A DNA stretch of 64,000 nucleotides from Planctomycetota bacterium. Its GTDB lineage: Bacteria; Planctomycetota; B15-G4. A program made the position numbers and the translations under genes. This document shows positions 57,304 to 64,000 of the stretch, in pieces (within the stretch, counting starts at the first letter, position 1; the number at the start of each line of letters is the position of its first letter). Under the pieces are notes generated by a model. The model was not told the origin of the DNA, did no database searches, and was given only the letters and a program-made list of their open reading frames with translations. The stretch lies in assembly GCA_965248575.1 (NCBI GenBank), contig CBDFJQ010000002.1:2496001-2560000 (forward strand), given 5' to 3'.

Positions 57304-58848
57304 ATGAGCGGACAGTTGGCAGCGCGTGTGGCCCTCTCGATCGTGTGGGCGGCGTGTGCCTCTCGTGCCATGGCCTGTTTGACCGTGCAGGAGGGCTTGC
57401 GAGATCGCCTGGCCCAGGAGCTCGTGCAGGAGACGTTGGGCGATCAGGCCCCCGCACCCGGCCGCGAACTCTTCGAGGCGGTGCTCCAAAGTGACCACTT
57501 CCTGCACGAGGCGGTGGGCCCGCTCGACGTCTACCTGGCGCTCTCCGATGGCTTCGAGAAGGAGTCCAAGGCCAAGAAGCGCCTGGCCCAGTTGAGCGAG
57601 GGGCTGCAACCCCTCGCAGCCTCGCTCGAGGCCTGGTTTCCAGGCGAGCAAGGCGTCATCGCCGGACACCGCTTCCCGGTCGTCCTCACCCACGCCTCGC
57701 TCAAAGACAAGCAGGAGTCCTTCGACCGGGTGTTGGCGTTGCTCGACCTGTGTGAGGACGCGGGGTATTCACAATTCAAACCGGACCTGCCCGTTTTCGA
57801 CGCCACGAACCGCACCCAGGACGACGTCTTCACCTGGGAGGTCTTGCTCTGCAATCTCGCGCACGAGGAGATCACCGAGCAGGACCGCAAGTGGTCCGAA
57901 CACGGGCTCGGCTACGCCGTCATCAACATGTTGGTGAACCGTCTCTTCGCCCGTGGTGCGTGGGGCCCGCCGCCACCCTGGCTGAAGGACGGCCTCGTGG
58001 ACGAACTGGACATCAGCAGCTACGGCGAAGCCTGGATCGCCGCAGGAGAATCGGTGCAAACCACGTCCAAGCGTAGCGGCTGGGCCAACAGGGGCTGGAG
58101 CGGTTTCGTGCCCGAAGGCGCGAGCCCACCGCCGCCCGTCCTGGGCCCACCGCCAGGCCTCAAGACAAGCACCCAGCGCATGGTCGTCAGCGACAAGTGG
58201 TTGGCGCGCCGCAAAAGCAGCTCGCGCCATTGGTCGGAGCTCGCCAAGGACCTGTCCGAAGACGTGCCGGTGAGCTTTCGCAACATGGCCGCCGGGCAGA
58301 CCTTCGAGAAACGCGACCGCGCCTACGCCCGCTGCGTGCTCTATCTGCTGGTGGGCCTCGCTGAAGACGATGGCAGCATCCCACTCCTGTCCGGTATGGA
58401 CGAAAAGGAGAGTCGGGTCGGCAAGGGCGGCATCCGCACCGCCGACCCGCTGCCGGTCTTGTTCGCCCAATCCATGGGTGGCCTGCCAGGCATCGACGAA
58501 CTGGAGGCCCTCAGCATGGGCGACTTCCTGAAGCGCATCGAGCGTGTCGACCTGATGCAGAGCATCGTGTCCCTGGGCGGCGAAGGCATGCTGCAGATCG
58601 CCGACCACCGCGAGCAGTCCGCCTGGCTGTACCACCAGAAGCTCGACAACCGCAAACGCCAGACGCTCTACCAGCTCATCGTGCGCGTGGAGAACTTCCA
58701 GCAGTTGCAGGCGTGGGAGATCATCGGCAACGCCCTCGATCGCGCCGCCAGCACGGCGCTCGCCGCATCCAAGAGCTTCCCGAAGAAGCAGCGCGACCGG
58801 GACAAGGTGGAGAACGTCTTCCGCGAGGCGTTGGTGAGCGGCAGCTGA
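57304..58848 (+). CDS. Hypothetical exported protein
   Basis: Long ORF with host-like codon usage; signal-like N-terminus; PPWLKDGL motif. Confidence 0.7.
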   Translation: MSGQLAARVALSIVWAACASRAMACLTVQEGLRDRLAQELVQETLGDQAPAPGRELFEAVLQSDHFLHEAVGPLDVYLALSDGFEKESKAKKRLAQLSEGLQPLAASLEAWFPGEQGVIAGHRFPVVLTHASLKDKQESFDRVLALLDLCEDAGYSQFKPDLPVFDATNRTQDDVFTWEVLLCNLAHEEITEQDRKWSEHGLGYAVINMLVNRLFARGAWGPPPPWLKDGLVDELDISSYGEAWIAAGESVQTTSKRSGWANRGWSGFVPEGASPPPPVLGPPPGLKTSTQRMVVSDKWLARRKSSSRHWSELAKDLSEDVPVSFRNMAAGQTFEKRDRAYARCVLYLLVGLAEDDGSIPLLSGMDEKESRVGKGGIRTADPLPVLFAQSMGGLPGIDELEALSMGDFLKRIERVDLMQSIVSLGGEGMLQIADHREQSAWLYHQKLDNRKRQTLYQLIVRVENFQQLQAWEIIGNALDRAASTALAASKSFPKKQRDRDKVENVFREALVSGS

Positions 58849-58884
58849 GGTCGAAAGCGGTTCGCTGCCTGCCCGAGACGCTCC

Positions 58885-60552
58885 CTAGGCGTTGCGGCCG
58901 ATGGCCACCAAGGTCACGTCTGCACCCAGGGACGGCTCGTCGTGATACTTGCGCAAGGTCGCTGCCACGCGCTCGACCAGTTCGTCTGCGGGCAGACGAC
59001 CCGCTTGCTTCACCAAGGCAGCCAGCCGTTTCTCCCCCAGCACCTCGCCATCGGGGCCAGGTAGGAGAGAGATGCCCGATGCGAACATCACGAGCCTGTC
59101 GTCGGGCTCCACCGTGAGGTCGGCCACACTCAGGGCTGCGTCGAAGCCGCCTTCCAGCTCGGAACCCATCGCAACACCCTCGGTGTAGACCGGCTCCAGC
59201 CCATCTTGGCCGGCGTGGTAGTGCAGCAGCGGCGGGTGTCCGGCGTTGGCGACGCTGACTTGGCCCGTCGCCGGGTCCAGCACGACGAGCAGGACCGCCA
59301 CGTTGAGCCCCTGACTCAGGTCGGGAGCCAGGCGCGCATTCGCGTCACGCAGCACAGAACCCGGGTCCGCGTTGCGCTCAGCGGCGAAGCGCAACGTCGA
59401 ACGCGCCATCGCCGCGATGAGTGCACCAGGTGCTCCACCGCTCGAGGCCTCGGCCACCAACAGGCCCAACTTGCCACCGGGCATCTCGAGCACATCGTAG
59501 GTGCCGCCTCCCGGTGAGGCTTCGCGGTCGTGCAAGCCGCCCAGCGTCCATCCAGGCACTGCGGGCAGCGTCTTGGGGAACAAGCTCGCTGTGACATCCG
59601 CCGCGGCCTCCAGCTCGTGGCGGAATTCTTCCGCCTCGCGCTCCACCTCCCGGGACTCTGCCAGCCAGCGGGTCATCCGTTCGAAGGTCTGAGCCAGTTG
59701 CCCGATCTCGTCGCGGCTGTGCGGCCGCGTGTGATGGCGCAGATTCCCTGCCACCACAGCCTCGGCGTCATCCTGGAGGCGACGCATGGGGCTCGTGAGC
59801 TTCCGCGCGACGAAGAACGCGACCACCGTGCTGATCAAGATGAACACGACGCCTGCGTAGCCAACGCGCCTGCTAAAGGCCTCCGCCGCATCCGTGATGG
59901 CAGCCGCGTAGATGTGCACCACCACCTCTCCTTCTTGCACATCGTCCCGGCCCAGAATGGGATAGCTGCCGCGAATGACATGCCAGCGGGAGTCGCCCAC
60001 GGTCAGCAGCCCTTCCTCGGCCATGCCGGCGCCCATGCTCAGGGGACCACGGTCGCCGCCCGTATCGAACTCGGCGCTGGTCGCTCCCTCCACGATAGGA
60101 TAGGCGGTCCCGACCGTCTGCCCGCGCACACCGCCCTCCCAACGGAAGACCTCGACGGCAAGAATGCGGGTCGACTCGCCCAGGAAGCGTCGAAAGCGCG
60201 CGGAGTTCCACTCCACCTGTGCCCGGCGCACGGGGTCTTGGTTGTAGACCTGAAAGTCGTCGATCGACTGGCTGTCCACCCGCGTCTGGATCTCACGCCC
60301 GGTCAGGCCCTCGTCCACCGTGGCGAAGTTCTTCGTCCAGGTGACCAGGTCCGCCTGCGCGGCAGTTCGCGCGGCGTTGATCGCCTCGTGCACGATCTGG
60401 TCTCGAATCGTCTGTTCCAGCGAGCTGTGCAGCACGAGACCAAAGCCAGCCATGAAGAGCGCGACCAGGACGGCCACACTGACCGTGATCTTGATCGCGA
60501 GCGGGACACCCTTCATGGGCTTCGGGCGGTGTTCAGAAACGCCTGCGGTCAT
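58885..60552 (-). CDS. Membrane sensor with HAMP + SpoIIE/PP2C-like domain (degenerate active site)
   Basis: Two TM helices, HAMP (SRDEIGQLAQTFERM), ANAGHPP; metal-binding Asp residues substituted. Confidence 0.85.
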   Translation of the reverse strand: MTAGVSEHRPKPMKGVPLAIKITVSVAVLVALFMAGFGLVLHSSLEQTIRDQIVHEAINAARTAAQADLVTWTKNFATVDEGLTGREIQTRVDSQSIDDFQVYNQDPVRRAQVEWNSARFRRFLGESTRILAVEVFRWEGGVRGQTVGTAYPIVEGATSAEFDTGGDRGPLSMGAGMAEEGLLTVGDSRWHVIRGSYPILGRDDVQEGEVVVHIYAAAITDAAEAFSRRVGYAGVVFILISTVVAFFVARKLTSPMRRLQDDAEAVVAGNLRHHTRPHSRDEIGQLAQTFERMTRWLAESREVEREAEEFRHELEAAADVTASLFPKTLPAVPGWTLGGLHDREASPGGGTYDVLEMPGGKLGLLVAEASSGGAPGALIAAMARSTLRFAAERNADPGSVLRDANARLAPDLSQGLNVAVLLVVLDPATGQVSVANAGHPPLLHYHAGQDGLEPVYTEGVAMGSELEGGFDAALSVADLTVEPDDRLVMFASGISLLPGPDGEVLGEKRLAALVKQAGRLPADELVERVAATLRKYHDEPSLGADVTLVAIGRNA

Positions 60553-60768
60553 GCCAACTCCTCCGCTATGCCGGCGTGCGAGCTCGCTCCAATAAGTCCG
60601 TAGGCCGCTAGTTCGCAGCTGCAGGATTCAGCACATGACGAGCCCCGGCTGACGCGTCGCCGACAATCCTAATGGGGCACGGAGGCAGCGATTTGGCGTC
60701 AGTTGCGTAGTTGGGTGCGAAGGAGTGCGTAGGGTCGGAGCCGGTCAGGTTGCCGGGCCCAACGGATG

Positions 60769-62106
60769 TCATCTCCGACCCGCTGCCCACCACCCCAGGA
60801 ACAGCTCACGCCAGGAGCTGCCTTGTTCGGGCAGGCCCTGCTGGGCGCTCAGTTGACTGTCGGTCGCTGAGGACGTGGCGGCAGAGTGAACCAGGAACGC
60901 GGCGCCGGCCATGGCCCCCTGCTCGTCATCGAAAGGTGCCCCGGCAACCAGTTGCCCTCCGGCCAGGTCCAGCTTGATCCCGTACTCGCCGAAGGCCATC
61001 AGCCCTTCGGGGACGACCTTTCCGACGTCACGCCAGGTATCCCCGCCCCACTCGAACATGTAGACGGATCCAGCGAGCGCCGGGCGCGCCAGAGCATTGA
61101 GCGCGCCCACTGCGAGGCGCGAACCGTCCAGGGACACATCGCGACCGAACTCTCCACTCTTCTGGCCGTCATGGGCAACCAACTTTGAGACGAGGGTCCA
61201 CACACCGCCCGACCGGCGATACATATAGACCGCGCCGCTCGAGGTGTCCGTGTCGTCGTCCGAGGGGGTTCCGATCGCGAGCCACTCCCCATCCAACGCG
61301 ACGGACTCACCAAAACCGTCGTAGGGATCGATATCCGGCGAACTGATCTTCTGCTTTTCGACCCACTCGCCCGTCGGCTGACGTCCAAAGATGTACACGG
61401 CGCCTGCTTGCAGCGCGTGCTCGCTGTCGCCGAGTGCCGCGACAACAGCGACGTCCCCTTCGATCTGGACTGAATGCCCGAACAACTGCTCCTCCTCGGG
61501 GTCGGCAGGACGCAGCACGGGCATCTCCACCCAGCTCGTTCCGTCATGGCGGTAGATCCATGCGGCCCCGTCGTGATCGAAACTCGTCGTGAGGTTGGGA
61601 GCACCCACGATCAGTTGGTTCCCACTCACGTCGACATCCCATCCGAAAGATGCTGAATCCACCAGCGCGGCGGGAACGATGCGTTGTTCTTCAATCCACT
61701 TGCCATGCACCCGACGGAAAGCATGGGCCGTGCCCCTGGATTCCACAGGCAGCCCATCCGAGGAGTCGGAGCCCACGATGAGGACGTTCCGATCCGCGGC
61801 CACGCTGCGGCCGAAACGGTCGTTGAGATACGTCTCTGAGGGAGTCAGCTCTGTCTCGAAGACAAGCACGCCCCCCACTCGTCGCCAGACGTAGACCTTG
61901 CCCGAGTTGAAGTCCTCCACGTCCGCGAATTCGGCGCCCACGGCCACGAACTGCCGACCCGACGCTACCGATGAGCCGAACTGATCGAAGGCCTCACCGT
62001 CGGCCACGAGCAGCTTCCCCGTCTGTGCTGAAACTGGAAGGCTGAGCGCTGCGAGCAGCAGCAGAACGACCCGAACTCCAGGACCTCGTGACGACGAGCA
62101 GCGCAT
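60769..62106 (-). CDS. FG-GAP repeat (integrin-like beta-propeller) secreted protein
   Basis: ~7 repeats of FG.SV....VGA...G.VY; true start probably a few codons downstream. Confidence 0.88.
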   Translation of the reverse strand: MRCSSSRGPGVRVVLLLLAALSLPVSAQTGKLLVADGEAFDQFGSSVASGRQFVAVGAEFADVEDFNSGKVYVWRRVGGVLVFETELTPSETYLNDRFGRSVAADRNVLIVGSDSSDGLPVESRGTAHAFRRVHGKWIEEQRIVPAALVDSASFGWDVDVSGNQLIVGAPNLTTSFDHDGAAWIYRHDGTSWVEMPVLRPADPEEEQLFGHSVQIEGDVAVVAALGDSEHALQAGAVYIFGRQPTGEWVEKQKISSPDIDPYDGFGESVALDGEWLAIGTPSDDDTDTSSGAVYMYRRSGGVWTLVSKLVAHDGQKSGEFGRDVSLDGSRLAVGALNALARPALAGSVYMFEWGGDTWRDVGKVVPEGLMAFGEYGIKLDLAGGQLVAGAPFDDEQGAMAGAAFLVHSAATSSATDSQLSAQQGLPEQGSSWRELFLGWWAAGRR

Positions 62107-62205
62107 GGCCTTCTCCAGAGGAAGGCCCGAGCATAGGGTGCCGGAGCAGCTTGCCTGCCGTGGACTTTCGAATCTGTCGAGAAAGCGCGCGTGCGAGCCC
62201 CGCTC

Positions 62206-63885
62206 CTACTCGCGGGGCACAAGCGCGATGCGCGAGTTGCAGTAGTCGAACACCAATCGGAACGGCTTCAGCATGCTCGACCCCAGGTTGCCGAGGGCAT
62301 GCGCGCCTGAGAAGACTCCTTCATCAGTTTGACTGAACGTCACCGGGAGCTGCTCGACCCGATTCCCACCCACCTCGAACCACTCGATGTTTCCGGAGCT
62401 CGCTTTCCCCGCACCTCCAACGCCACCTACCTGGCTGGGGCTGACGTCGCGCCCGTCCAACAATCGCAACGACTCCACGGCGGGCGCGTAGAAGCTGACG
62501 GTCCCCGCATCGCCGAGGTCGAGCCTGAAGAGTCCCCGCCGCTCTCCCTCGAAGCGGCACTCGATGCACGGGGTCCCGCCATCCAGGAACAGTCGTGTCC
62601 ACTCACCGGCGTCCAGCTCGAAGTCGCTCGGGTCGTGGACCGAGAGGGTCACCGCCTCGAGATCCAGATCCAGCACGGCCCGCGCAAAAATCTCATAGCC
62701 GCAGATGCCTGCGACCTCGACCCCGAAGATCGGCGCCAGGAAGGAGAGATCGAGTTCGACATAGATCGGGTCATCCAGGCGCATCGGCCCCAACTGCAAG
62801 GAGGAGCCCTGGCGGAAGCTGGCCTCGACCGCGCCGGCAACGCCCACTGCTGGGAGCGAACCGAAGCCCTCCAACTCCAGCTCGTCCGCAACGCCGGGGT
62901 CGATGCAGATCTGTCCGGCTCCTGAGTCCAGGATGAACCAACCCACGTCGCGACCATCCACCAACGGGTGGACCAGCAGATGCCCGCTGATGACCTTCTT
63001 GACCTCGACGATGGGCGAAACCCCTGGGTCGAACTGGACATCGCTAGCCGGGGCCCTGTCCATCACGTATCGAGGCCCCGGATCTGCAGCGGCGACCTCA
63101 GCCTCGAGCACGTACAGCGCTGTGTCCACGCCGTGCGCGTGGCTGTGGACGGCGCGGGCAATGGGAACACCCGCGAGCGGTTTGTAGAGCTTGAACTCCG
63201 TGATGATCTCCGACCCCAGCGACGGCGAGCGCAGCTCTCGTGGCAACCACGTCTCGCGATCCAGCTCGAGCAGGGACACAGCCGCCGAGTTGGGAAAGGA
63301 AAGCCGCAGCGTCACGCCGTGATCGGTCTCGGCCTCCCACTCGATGACCAGGGGACAGCCCGGTTCGAGCCAGTAACCGGAGTGGATCCACTGGGCCAGG
63401 TGCCAGGTCTCACGATCTCCGAGCTCCAGCAGCTGCACAGGCCCCGAGCGCGTGCGCTGAGCCAGGTCCTGACCATCGAAGGTCAAGCTGAGGGCCAGGC
63501 GTCCATCCATCGCAAACCGATAGCGACCGTCCGCGGCGAAGAAGAGCTCGAAGTCTGCGTCCACGCCGCCGGCGTCCGTGCTGCCGGAGAAAGAGAGGCC
63601 GTCGGGCAGCGCACTCCAGGCGTCGCGGTTGGCGGCGACCCGTGCCGACGCGAGCACCGTCTCCACGTCGAGCGCAGCCCGCGGCGCTCGCAGCGCAGCC
63701 TGGGTGACGGCCGATTCAGCGACGTGCAGAGTCGCCGGCGCTGGGGCAGGTCTTGGCAGTAGAGCCGGTGCCAGTGCCCTGTTCGGCACCAGGTGCGGCA
63801 GCGGCATCGCCACCGGAAGCACCAGCCCGATGATCAGGACCAGGCGGATCGGTGGGGTCCCCAGTCGTTCAGTGGCCTTCTTCAT
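62206..63885 (-). CDS. Exported retropepsin-like aspartyl protease (two tandem domains)
   Basis: GHLLV..FILDSGA..GICG and second domain FRLDLGD..GNLG..FDY. Confidence 0.8.
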   Translation of the reverse strand: MKKATERLGTPPIRLVLIIGLVLPVAMPLPHLVPNRALAPALLPRPAPAPATLHVAESAVTQAALRAPRAALDVETVLASARVAANRDAWSALPDGLSFSGSTDAGGVDADFELFFAADGRYRFAMDGRLALSLTFDGQDLAQRTRSGPVQLLELGDRETWHLAQWIHSGYWLEPGCPLVIEWEAETDHGVTLRLSFPNSAAVSLLELDRETWLPRELRSPSLGSEIITEFKLYKPLAGVPIARAVHSHAHGVDTALYVLEAEVAAADPGPRYVMDRAPASDVQFDPGVSPIVEVKKVISGHLLVHPLVDGRDVGWFILDSGAGQICIDPGVADELELEGFGSLPAVGVAGAVEASFRQGSSLQLGPMRLDDPIYVELDLSFLAPIFGVEVAGICGYEIFARAVLDLDLEAVTLSVHDPSDFELDAGEWTRLFLDGGTPCIECRFEGERRGLFRLDLGDAGTVSFYAPAVESLRLLDGRDVSPSQVGGVGGAGKASSGNIEWFEVGGNRVEQLPVTFSQTDEGVFSGAHALGNLGSSMLKPFRLVFDYCNSRIALVPRE

Positions 63886-63998
63886 CGCAGGTTCCGTTCC
63901 TCGAGGTGTGTCATCATCAGGGTGACGGCGTGCAGCTCACCCTCCGTGTTCTCGGCGCGCTTGTAGAGCAGGTCGTTCAGGGCGTCGAGATGCTGGTT
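63882..63998 (-). CDS. 3' end of a gene truncated by the window edge
   Basis: Open frame NQHLDALNDLLYKRAENTEGELHAVTLMMTHLEERNLR*; TGA overlaps the protease ATG (ATGA). Confidence 0.55.
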   Translation of the reverse strand, partial: NQHLDALNDLLYKRAENTEGELHAVTLMMTHLEERNLR

Positions 63999-64000
63999 CA

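Noticed and set aside
1..64000. Mobile elements, prophage, rRNA or tRNA genes
   Set aside because: No transposase, integrase, phage gene cluster or recognisable rRNA/tRNA seen by eye

Overview
High-GC bacterial window. Gene content (Bat/MoxR operon, FGE-sulfatase protein, BlaI/M56 pair, secreted proteins with a shared C-terminal module) suggests a Planctomycetota-like organism; this is an inference. Housekeeping genes (cinA, ychF, tatC, comB-like, coaE, rho, recG, moxR-batA-E, acyl-CoA dehydrogenase) alternate with accessory loci. The standout is a ~11.5 kb divergent multiheme cytochrome locus (45624-57158). It encodes two paralogous ~1290-aa decaheme MtrC/OmcA-like proteins with extra N-terminal Ig/IPT-like domains and a phage-structural-like insert, an outer-membrane beta-barrel, a 13-heme cytochrome and a monoheme membrane protein (34 CxxCH motifs in total). 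This looks like a complete, non-canonical porin-cytochrome extracellular electron transfer conduit. Other notable items: a cobalamin riboswitch upstream of two secreted proteins with no transporter gene, a TIR-PP2C fusion, a catalytically degenerate HAMP-PP2C, a TetR-ric unit with a perfect operator-like palindrome, a 12-Cys secreted mini-protein, and a hairpin-rich intergenic region. All calls come from reading motifs by eye; no database searches were run.
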